Shown: positions 21,069 through 29,000 of the stretch, in pieces
Layout of the letters: the number at the start of each line of letters is the position of its first letter
Numbering within the stretch: position 1 is the stretch's first letter
Origin: a bacterium
GTDB taxonomy: Bacteria; Patescibacteriota; Minisyncoccia; Sungbacterales; HO2-52-23
Direction: 5' to 3'
Assembly: GCA_030697705.1 (NCBI GenBank)
Contig: JAUYPE010000005.1
Coordinates: 602-64,601, forward strand
DNA length: 64,000 nt
Notes under the pieces: generated by a model
What the model was told of the DNA's origin: nothing
The model's database searches: none
Seen by the model: the letters and a program-made list of their open reading frames with translations, nothing else
Program-made: the position numbers and the translations under genes

Positions 21069-21305
21069 ATGAAAAGAAGATTACTACTTCTCATAACCAT
21101 AACGCTCATTATTTTTTTAGTTTTATGGTTACTTCTAGCCATACTGGGTGAAGCTTTGTGCATTACAAGCAATGAAGGTGATTACGCTTATTTTTCTCTT
21201 TACAGATTGGCTTATTGTTCATTACATGGACAGAAGTTCCTTCTCATAAGTTTGCTGTTGAGCAGTCTATTCTTTATTACAACCTTCACGATTCATAAAA
21301 AATAA
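21069..21305 (+). CDS. Small hypothetical membrane protein
   Basis: 78 aa, two TMs flanking a Cys-containing loop. Confidence 0.55.
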   Translation: MKRRLLLLITITLIIFLVLWLLLAILGEALCITSNEGDYAYFSLYRLAYCSLHGQKFLLISLLLSSLFFITTFTIHKK

Positions 21306-21308
21306 ACT

Positions 21309-21515
21309 ATGGAAAAAATAACGTTACATATAGAGGGAATGCACTGCGGGGCGTGTTCAATCGGGATTCAGATGCTAGTGTCGCAGATGGACGGAGCGGG
21401 TAAGGTGGAGGTGAGTTATGAGGGTAAAGAGGGAATATTTGAGTTTGATCCCGCCAAGACATCAAAAGAGGCGATTATTAAAGTCATCGCCGAGCTTGGG
21501 TATACGGCATCGTGA
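21309..21515 (+). CDS. CopZ-like HMA copper chaperone
   Basis: 68 aa, IEGMHCGAC..LGY. Confidence 0.88.
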   Translation: MEKITLHIEGMHCGACSIGIQMLVSQMDGAGKVEVSYEGKEGIFEFDPAKTSKEAIIKVIAELGYTAS

Positions 21516-21540
21516 GAGATACTATCGCCACTCACAGTCT

Positions 21541-21608
21541 GTCATTCCGAGCGTCCGCGAGGAATCCCGTAAGTTAACGAGATGTTTTGCCTGACGGATT
21601 AGCATGAC
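21541..21608. repeat. GTCAT..ATGAC REP/RPE-like palindrome
   Basis: GTCATTCCGAGCGTCCGCGAGGAATCCCGT...ACGAGATG...AGCATGAC. Confidence 0.7.
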
Positions 21609-21660
21609 GACTAATAGCAAACCTTGCTTTACTGGCAGAGGAGTTGTATGATCTCCCCAT

Positions 21661-22218
21661 ATGAATCAACTCTACATCATCGGAGGTGTTGTCGTGCTCG
21701 CGATATTCTTTTTTATCGGTATTTATAACGGTCTCATCCGGCGGCGGAATCAAGCCGAGGAGGCGTGGTCGGACATTGAAGTCCAGCTCAAGCGCCGGTA
21801 CGATCTCATCCCCAATATCATAGAGACGGTGAAGGGATATGCGGGACACGAACGAGAAACACTGGATAGTGTCACCATGGCGCGCACGCAAGCGATGGGA
21901 GCCCAAACCGCTGATGAGCATGCCAAAGCGGAGAATGTCCTTGCCGGAACGCTCAAGACGCTTTTTGCCGTTTCGGAGAATTATCCCCAGCTCAAGGCGA
22001 ATGAGAATTTTCTGGAGCTTCAGCGTGAGCTCTCCGACACGGAAAACAAAATTCAGTCCGCGCGGCGCTTCTTCAATGGTGTCGTCCGCGATTACAATAT
22101 CGCTATCCAGTCCTTTCCCTCCAGCGTTGTTGCCGGTATGTTTGGCTTTACCCGCAAGGAACTTTTTGACTTGAGTGATACCGATGTGGCTCAACAGCCG
22201 GTAAAGGTTCAGTTTTGA
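21661..22218 (+). CDS. lemA: LemA family protein
   Basis: AWSDIEVQLKRRYDLIPN, ENYPQLKAN. Confidence 0.95.
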   Translation: MNQLYIIGGVVVLAIFFFIGIYNGLIRRRNQAEEAWSDIEVQLKRRYDLIPNIIETVKGYAGHERETLDSVTMARTQAMGAQTADEHAKAENVLAGTLKTLFAVSENYPQLKANENFLELQRELSDTENKIQSARRFFNGVVRDYNIAIQSFPSSVVAGMFGFTRKELFDLSDTDVAQQPVKVQF

Positions 22219-22220
22219 AG

Positions 22221-22321
22221 AAAGTGCTTAGTCCTTAGCCACTAGCGATGAGAGGAGAAAAGGAAAGAGAACTTCTCCTCTTGTCTCTGCTGATGGCTAA
22301 GCACTAACAACTAAGGACTTT
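22221..22321. repeat. Intergenic heptamer-arm inverted repeat
   Basis: AGTGCTT/AGTCCTT/AGCCACT arm versus GCTAAGC/ACTAACA/ACTAAGG arm. Confidence 0.65.
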
Positions 22322-22327
22322 TTCGTA

Positions 22328-23245
22328 ATGACCCTCTACACGCAAAAATACGCGAATATCCGCAAGACGTGGCTTCTCATGACCATGTTTTTGGGCATGG
22401 TCATCGGAATTGGCTGGATCTTTAGTCGGGTCTATAACAACCCAAGCATTCTCGTATTTGCCGTGTTTTTGAGCATTGGAATCAATGTGGTGAGTTATTG
22501 GTTTTCGGACAAAATCGCGCTTGCTATTCACGGCGCCAAGCCGGTTGATCTCAAGCAACAGCCTGAAATCTATCGTATTCTTGAAAATCTTTCCATCGCC
22601 GCCGGTCTTCCTATGCCGAAGTTTTATATTATTCCTGACGCCGCACCCAACGCCTTCGCCACCGGTCGCAATCCCCAACATGCCGTAGTTGCCGTTACCG
22701 CGGGTCTGCTTGAGCGGCTTGACCGCTCGGAGTTGGAGGGAGTTCTTGCGCATGAGCTCTCACACATCGGCAATCGCGACATACTTCTTTCCACCGTCGC
22801 CGTTGTGCTTGCCGGACTCATCTCTATCGCCTCGGATATGTTTTTGCGTTCGCTCTGGTGGGGTGGGGGGCGGCGGAGTAATGATAGCGAGCGCGGTGGT
22901 GCCGGCATTCTCATTATTGTTGGTATTGCACTTTCTATTCTCGCACCGCTTTTTGCCACACTCATGCAACTTGCCATCTCGCGACGGCGTGAATTTTTAG
23001 CCGATTCCTCGGGCGCACTCCTTACGCGCTATCCTGAAGGTCTTGCTTCCGCACTCCGAAAAATCGCCGACTACCCCCAAAAAATGCGGAGCGCTACGAA
23101 TGCAACGGCACATCTTTTTTTTGAAAATCCTTTCGGTGCGGATCGTAAAAATTCGGGCAAGACCGCATGGCTCGTAAAATTATTCTCAACCCATCCCCCC
23201 GTTGAGGAACGCATTCGCGCGCTCCAGCAGGGGAGAGAGATATAA
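22328..23245 (+). CDS. htpX: M48 zinc metalloprotease HtpX
   Basis: PNAFATG, HELSH, SRRREFLAD, STHPP. Confidence 0.95.
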   Translation: MTLYTQKYANIRKTWLLMTMFLGMVIGIGWIFSRVYNNPSILVFAVFLSIGINVVSYWFSDKIALAIHGAKPVDLKQQPEIYRILENLSIAAGLPMPKFYIIPDAAPNAFATGRNPQHAVVAVTAGLLERLDRSELEGVLAHELSHIGNRDILLSTVAVVLAGLISIASDMFLRSLWWGGGRRSNDSERGGAGILIIVGIALSILAPLFATLMQLAISRRREFLADSSGALLTRYPEGLASALRKIADYPQKMRSATNATAHLFFENPFGADRKNSGKTAWLVKLFSTHPPVEERIRALQQGREI

Positions 23246-23347
23246 TCAGGCATTTTTTTGCCTGGCGAAACGGCAACTGTTTCCATAACAGATTTTTTTG
23301 GAAAAAGAACCTCTGTGGCACAGTCTGCGGGCCCCTTTTGAAGGGGC

Positions 23348-23376
23348 TTGACTTTTGATTGTCGTTCAGTTATAAT
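23348..23376 (+). promoter_or_regulatory. Consensus sigma70 promoter
   Basis: TTGACT-17-TATAAT. Confidence 0.75.
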
Positions 23377-23441
23377 AGACGGTAGAAAAGGAAAGTAATT
23401 TTACAAAACAATACGAACGACTAAACAAGCGGGAGGGACAC

Positions 23442-24311
23442 ATGACGGATCGTGCGGCCTCGCGTGATGGCCAAAATCTGATGGGTATAGGTTTTTTGAC
23501 CGGTGTGGTGAGTGCGTTGTTTGCCGCCGGCGGAGGACCGTTCTTCAGTATCGTCATGCAGTGGCGGTACAAACGTAGTATCAAAGAAATCAATGGCGCG
23601 GCACTCGCTCTGTTGGCAGGTGTTGCGTCAGTGAATCTTTCAGTCCGTTGGCTCATTGAGCCAAAGGACATCGCATTCGGCATCGGCATTGTGGCGCTGG
23701 TCTTCGGCCTTATTGGATCACAGTTTGGCAAATGGCTGGAAACGCGATGCAATACGCGCCAACTGGCAAAGGGGTTTGCGTTTCTTCTCATTATCGCAGG
23801 ATTGAGGATGATGAAGGTATGCATTTTTCCCGCGTTTCCAGTGCCGGAAATGCTTGTGTTTCCGATTGCAGGGGTAGTCGGATTCATCGCCGGAACAGCA
23901 TCCCAGCTCTTTGGGATGGGCGGAGGACTCGTCCTTGTTCCGGTCTTTGCGCTTTATGGGAGATTGTCGGCGAATGAGGCACTTGCCACTTCACTTTTTG
24001 CAAGCGTTCCCATGATGTTCTACGGCTCCAACCTTTATCATCGTGAGGGCAGAGTAAAAGGTGACGACATTCGTCAGCTTTTACTCCCGGGACTCGCAGG
24101 AGCGGCTGTCGGTGCATTTTTTTCGCGCCAGTTCATTCCCGATCAGATCCTCCAGACGGTGTTTGGAACCATTCTCATCGCATGCGCGATGAAGGCATTT
24201 GTTGAGTATTTACCGCAATTTAAAAAAGGGGTTGCCACGGCGGTAGTGGAATCATCACCCAAGCGGACGAAAGTACTGCCTAACCGGCCGCTTCGGCAAA
24301 ATTTTTTTTAG
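23442..24311 (+). CDS. TauE/SafE (TSUP) family transporter
   Basis: Duplicated G-rich motifs (AAGGG, GMGGG..VP), ATSL, about 8 TMs; SD GGGAGG. Confidence 0.8.
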   Translation: MTDRAASRDGQNLMGIGFLTGVVSALFAAGGGPFFSIVMQWRYKRSIKEINGAALALLAGVASVNLSVRWLIEPKDIAFGIGIVALVFGLIGSQFGKWLETRCNTRQLAKGFAFLLIIAGLRMMKVCIFPAFPVPEMLVFPIAGVVGFIAGTASQLFGMGGGLVLVPVFALYGRLSANEALATSLFASVPMMFYGSNLYHREGRVKGDDIRQLLLPGLAGAAVGAFFSRQFIPDQILQTVFGTILIACAMKAFVEYLPQFKKGVATAVVESSPKRTKVLPNRPLRQNFF

Positions 24312-24452
24312 AAAGGAGATACAAATGAAAAGCACCCATCTGTCATTGCGACACGGGTGCTTTTTCAATTAAAAAAATCGCACAAAGCCGCTCTGATCCT
24401 CCATGAGTGAGATACCTTGAGATTATACTAAAAATACGGTAGAGTATGACCC

Positions 24453-25334
24453 ATGCACTTCCTCATACGCATTCGCCAAAGCGTCTACGATCCCAAGTTT
24501 TATTTCACGCTCCGCTTCCGACCGCTCCGTACCGCCTTTTCATATTTCTACACCCTTCTCACGGGGCTTTCTTTTCTCGTCGCGCTCTCCGCACTTTTTA
24601 TTCTCGTCCCGCCTCTTACCTCTTTTATCCATCGCGCGCCCGGATATCTCAATGCTTTCTATCCCGACGGCCTCACGCTCACGATAAAAAACGGTACCAT
24701 CAGTACGAGCAAGCTGGAGTCGTATTCTTTTCCGCTTCCCAACGGGCTTAAAGAGAGCGCCGTCATTCCTCCGGATATTGACCGGCTTATTGCAATCAAT
24801 ACACGCGAGGATCGTCCCGTCGAGCATTTCCCTGAATACCGTACACTTCTCCTGGTTGGCAAAGACACACTTGCCTACCGCGATGAACGCGGCATCCAAA
24901 CGATACCGGCAAGCGAATTGCCCAACACGACCATCTCGCGCCAAAGTCTTGACCATGCTGTTGCGCGCCTTCAGTCATTTCTTCCTTTTCTCGCTCCCGC
25001 CGCCGTCCTTGCCGCGTTTCTCGCCTCATTCATACTCTTTAATTTCACTCTCCTCTTTCTTGCCGCCGGAGCGTTTGTTATTCTTATTTTTACAAAAATA
25101 AAACATGCACCGCTCACCTATCGTCAGAGCTATGCTATTGCCCTCCACGGCGCGACGCTTCCGCTTATCATGAGCGTTCTCCTGTGGTGCTTTACGTTCA
25201 TTCTCCTCCCGCCGATTTTTTTCACCCTCCTCTTTCTTGTCAGTATATTTTTTAATATGCAGTACGACATCAAAAAACCCGCCACCGCTCCCGCCACCGC
25301 AGAAAAATCAACCGAAACACCACCGAAAGAGTAA
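24453..25334 (+). CDS. Membrane protein (DUF1189-like)
   Basis: N-terminal TM, extracellular domain, C-terminal TMs with LTYRQSY..HGATLP. Confidence 0.6.
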   Translation: MHFLIRIRQSVYDPKFYFTLRFRPLRTAFSYFYTLLTGLSFLVALSALFILVPPLTSFIHRAPGYLNAFYPDGLTLTIKNGTISTSKLESYSFPLPNGLKESAVIPPDIDRLIAINTREDRPVEHFPEYRTLLLVGKDTLAYRDERGIQTIPASELPNTTISRQSLDHAVARLQSFLPFLAPAAVLAAFLASFILFNFTLLFLAAGAFVILIFTKIKHAPLTYRQSYAIALHGATLPLIMSVLLWCFTFILLPPIFFTLLFLVSIFFNMQYDIKKPATAPATAEKSTETPPKE

Positions 25335-25458
25335 TACTTGCGTTAAGGAGAGGTTACATAGGTGGTCTCGTGCGCACGATTGTTCCCGATTTGTCCAAGA
25401 TTCCGAGTTTTTAAGAACGAAGAAATCTTGGCTCACAAATCACAATCCCGTACAAACC

Positions 25459-25545
25459 GGAGGCGTCGCATAGTGGCCTAGTGCGCTCGCTTGGAAAGCG
25501 AGTAGACCTTAACCGGTCTCGGAGGTTCGAATCCTCCCGCCTCCG
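25459..25545 (+). tRNA. tRNA-Ser (anticodon GGA), CCA not encoded
   Basis: Acceptor GGAGGCG/CGCCTCC, D-loop TAGTGG, anticodon arm CTCGC-TTGGAAA-GCGAG, long variable arm, T-loop GGTTCGAATCC, discriminator G. Confidence 0.96.
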
Positions 25546-25612
25546 GTTTGTACGGGAGAAAGCGTGTCTTAGGTTTTAGATACCTGTCAATACACTCATT
25601 TTATGTAGAATT

Positions 25613-25852
25613 ATGAAAGTGTGGAATTTTATAAAAACTCCAGAATTTTGGATAACCATAGTTTTAGTCCCGCTGATTAGTGGGCTTATTGTAAACTACT
25701 TTTCCAAAAAACCTACGGCGGTCGAGGAAACCGAAAATAATGGTGGGGACATAATTATCAAAGCAGGTGATGGGGGTCCTCATGGTAATGGTGGAAATGT
25801 TAATATTGGACCAGGGACATATAAAGCAGGCGATGTAATTCAGAAAAAATAG
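25613..25852 (+). CDS. Small membrane-anchored Gly-rich protein
   Basis: N-terminal TM, then GGDIIIKAGDGGPHGNGGNVNIG; AT-rich. Confidence 0.6.
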   Translation: MKVWNFIKTPEFWITIVLVPLISGLIVNYFSKKPTAVEETENNGGDIIIKAGDGGPHGNGGNVNIGPGTYKAGDVIQKK

Positions 25853-25893
25853 ACCCGACCCATATATCCCAAATTGACGATTCAATAGAAAAC

Positions 25894-26190
25894 ATGAAGA
25901 AAGAAAATATAATTATCTATCAGGCGAAAAACGGGGCGATAGAGCTTCGGGGGGATTTTAATCGGGACACTCTGTGGGCAACACAGGCGCAGATCGTTGA
26001 TCTTTTTGGTGTGGACCAGTCAGTGGTATCCCGCCATATTAAAAACATATTGAGGGACGGTGAAATTGAGGAAAAAAGCAATATGCAAAAAATGCACATT
26101 GCACATTCGGACAAGATTGCAGCGTCTTATTCTCTGGGTATCATCCTTGTAGTCGGATGTCAAGCCTATAAAAAAAGAATACCCGTATAA
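25894..26190 (+). pseudogene. Truncated RhuM-like protein (N-terminus)
   Basis: IIIYQ..DTLWATQAQIVDLFGVD..SRHIKNI..GEI..SNMQKMHIA; ends at 98 aa. Confidence 0.7.
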
Positions 26191-26303
26191 CTATTTTTAT
26201 AAGCTGTGCGGTTGATCATAATGAACCTATAAAATCAATTGATCAAACATCTCAAGCCATTTTAAACGTCTTTTCAACATTTCTTTCAACATCTTTGATG
26301 CAT

Positions 26304-26786
26304 ATGGAAAATGGCGAAGAAAAATTTACAAAATGCAGAGAAGACGCAGAGAAGTACTATAAGATGCTTACCACGGTGTGGTGCCCTTATCTGCAGGACA
26401 GCGTTCATTTCAATGTCGAAGGATTTGAGCATTTGCTTTTTAAGTCGTGGAACAAAAACAGAACTCAAATAGAACAATATACACGCTTGCGCTTGCTTCG
26501 TTTTGCACCCGAGATAATTTCTAAATCTCATACCTTGCAAGAGTATGATGAGCGATCCATCCTCGTCCGGCAAAAAATAAATTCCCGATGGGAGCGGCGA
26601 ATGAAAAACGTTCAATACTATATCTTTGTTGCTATTATAAAATCCGTGCGCTTGAAGATCGTCGTTAAGGAAATTGAGGGTGGTAACAAATTTTTCTATA
26701 GTTTATATCCCTCATGGAGAATTGAGGAGCAGACGAATGGCAATAAGAAAAAAGTGTTTTACTCGGGTAATCCGGAGGAGGATTGA
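26304..26786 (+). CDS. Hypothetical protein, predicted BECR-fold (RelE/colicin-like) RNase
   Basis: CPYL..VHFNVEGFEHL..R...RLRLL..APEII followed by beta strands ending FFYSLYP; fold assignment is inferred. Confidence 0.6.
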   Translation: MENGEEKFTKCREDAEKYYKMLTTVWCPYLQDSVHFNVEGFEHLLFKSWNKNRTQIEQYTRLRLLRFAPEIISKSHTLQEYDERSILVRQKINSRWERRMKNVQYYIFVAIIKSVRLKIVVKEIEGGNKFFYSLYPSWRIEEQTNGNKKKVFYSGNPEED

Positions 26787-26790
26787 AATC

Positions 26791-26877
26791 AAAAACACCG
26801 CTTTCGCGGTGGCTTTGATGGTACTTGGCTACGGTTTATGAATTGACCGTGAGAGGACCAAAGTCCTCACAAGCACC
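26791..26877 (-). ncRNA. Putative structured small RNA convergent with the RNase-like gene
   Basis: Own promoter TTGACT-17-TACTAT (26912-26884), three-way junction, and terminator CACCGC-GAAA-GCGGTG-U5. Confidence 0.65.
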
Positions 26878-27091
26878 GCGCTTATAGTAGTCCTTTGGGA
26901 GGAAAAAGTCAAAAGTTGTCCACAGGGGTGGGTGGGGGGTCAGTAGATGCCGCCCACTATGTCCATCTTTGAATTTAGATTATAGATATTCCCTATGTCT
27001 ATGAGAGCAGTACAGCGTTTGAGTTGTTGCATTTTTTGCAACAGCTGAGATAGACAGAAAAAATTACTCGTATAGCTCACTATAAAACATC

Positions 27092-27853
27092 ATGTCCCAG
27101 TATTACAACGCACAGCGGGTGAGGGGGTTGTATGATCCGCATGCGGCTGAGCCGTTTAAATTGTCGCGGTCAAAAATCGATCTTTTTTTGGAGTGCCCGC
27201 GGTGTTTTTATTTTGACCGGCGATTAGGTGTGGGAAGGCCGCCGGGATTTCCTTTTGCCTTGAACTCTGCAGTAGACCATCTCCTCAAACAAGAGTTTGA
27301 TATTCACCGCGCGAAGGGGAGCAAGCATCCATTGATTGAGGAGTACGGTGTTGACGCGCGCCCGGTTCCGCATGAGGATCTTGAAAAATGGCGGCATAAC
27401 TTTACGGGTGTTCAGTATCTGCACCAACCCACGAATTTTCTCGTATTCGGTGCGATTGACGATCTGTGGCAAAATGCGGCGGGGGAGTATATCGTTGTGG
27501 ATTATAAGGCGACGGCGAAAAACGAAGCAATCACGGAGCTTAATAAAACATGGCACGGTGGCTACAAGCGCCAGATGGAGGTGTATCAATGGCTTCTGCG
27601 CCGCAACGGCTATCATGTATCCAATACAGGTTATTTCGTCTATTGCAACGGGAAAACCGACCGCGAGGCGTTTGATGCCAAGCTTGAGTTTGACGTTACG
27701 CTGATCGGTTACAACGGAAACGACTCGTGGGTGGAAGGTACGCTTGCCAAAGTGCATATGTGTCTGAACACGGATGCCATCCCCGATGCCAATCCCGAGT
27801 GCGATTATTGCGCCTATGTCCGGACGATCAACGCACAGGCGAGAGGTCAATAA
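27092..27853 (+). CDS. PD-(D/E)XK nuclease (Cas4/AddB-like)
   Basis: LSRSKI..CPRCF, GAIDD, VVDYK, QMEVY, C-terminal CDYC. Confidence 0.85.
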   Translation: MSQYYNAQRVRGLYDPHAAEPFKLSRSKIDLFLECPRCFYFDRRLGVGRPPGFPFALNSAVDHLLKQEFDIHRAKGSKHPLIEEYGVDARPVPHEDLEKWRHNFTGVQYLHQPTNFLVFGAIDDLWQNAAGEYIVVDYKATAKNEAITELNKTWHGGYKRQMEVYQWLLRRNGYHVSNTGYFVYCNGKTDREAFDAKLEFDVTLIGYNGNDSWVEGTLAKVHMCLNTDAIPDANPECDYCAYVRTINAQARGQ

Positions 27854-27992
27854 AATAATAATACCCGTATCCGGAGGAGGAACTTTTGAAACAGTCGGAC
27901 GGACAAAGGAAAACGTCGGAAATAAAAAACCGTCCCCCCTTTTTTTAAAAAAAGGGAGAGACGGCATAGTTTGCACGAGCGCGCTTGACCGG

Positions 27993-28275
27993 CTACCGGG
28001 CCACTGTCTTTCGAAGATCCCTACCCGGCTTGTCGGACAGACCGTCAATACCGGATTCTAAAAAACGCTTTATCCATTTGTATATGATTTCTACCCATAT
28101 TCAGCGTACGGGCAATATCGGTGATTGATCGTTTTTCTACGGCGAAGAGAAGAATAATACGCCCCCTCTTGACGCGACGGGTGGGAGCTGTACGGGAGCG
28201 CACAAGTGAGCCTAGTTCCTTCTTCTCCTCGGGTGTTAAAGAAATCTTGAGCGCCGTTTTCAGTCCTTGCGTCAT
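27993..28275 (-). pseudogene. IS630-type winged-HTH protein, frameshifted
   Basis: LTPEEKKEL..RSRT..RGRIILL..SITDIAR continues in another frame as YKWIKRFLESGIDGLSDKPGR; no DDE domain. Confidence 0.75.
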
Positions 28276-28429
28276 ACCCTTCTCCTCTGATAAAATAGGG
28301 AAAGAAATAGGAGCTCGTTCACGAGAACCTTACTATTCTTTATCACCTATCTATTGTGTTGTCAAACAGGATATTTCCGTCTTGAAGAATTCGTTTTAAA
28401 AAAATGTTTTATTGATGCGCCTTAAACCC

Positions 28430-28885
28430 ATGCCACATCTCCATGAATTAATTGATTTTACGGTGGCGGCGTTTGTAGTGTATGACCGCCGCGTTGTTTT
28501 GGTTTTTCACAAAAAACTGCAGAAGTGGCTCCCGCTCGGCGGGCATATTGAGCTTGACGAAGATCCCGAACAGGCGCTTTTTCGCGAGGTTCGGGAAGAA
28601 AGCGGACTGGAAATCGAGGTCATGGCGGAGAAGCCCAACGTTTCCTTTGCGGGAAAGAAATTCCTCTACCCGCCGAGCTTTTTGGATATCCATCCCATTA
28701 CCGCAACGCACCGCCACATCGGACTGGTGTATTTTGCTCGTGCACAATCGGATCGTCTTGTCCTTGCCGTCGACGAACATGACGCTATTCGTTGGTTTAC
28801 GGAAAGCGAGCTTGCCGATCCCGTATTCAACGTACCCGACGATATCCGGTTTTATGCCCGTGAGGCGCTACAGCGCGTCAAGTGA
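28430..28885 (+). CDS. NUDIX hydrolase
   Basis: GGHIELDEDPEQALFREVREESG Nudix box. Confidence 0.92.
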   Translation: MPHLHELIDFTVAAFVVYDRRVVLVFHKKLQKWLPLGGHIELDEDPEQALFREVREESGLEIEVMAEKPNVSFAGKKFLYPPSFLDIHPITATHRHIGLVYFARAQSDRLVLAVDEHDAIRWFTESELADPVFNVPDDIRFYAREALQRVK

Positions 28886-28985
28886 AAAAATAATACTGGA
28901 AAAATTAAAAGCGGGGGATATGATTCGTATCGGCGCACCCTCGCGGTTATTGGCGCGGATCGTATCGGAAGTGCGTGTAATTATA
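28884..28985 (+). pseudogene. Remnant of an S66 LD-carboxypeptidase/MccF N-terminus
   Basis: Reads KIILEKLKAGDMIRIGAPS, resembling the S66 N-terminal motif P.KLK.GD.I..IAPS; the rest is missing. Confidence 0.55.
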
Positions 28986-29000
28986 GTCACTCGTACGCTC

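Noticed and set aside
27092-27853. Cas4 of a CRISPR system
   Set aside because: No cas1/cas2 or array in the window; solo PD-(D/E)XK nucleases of this type are common.
27993-28275. Intact IS630 element
   Set aside because: No DDE catalytic domain or terminal inverted repeats were seen.
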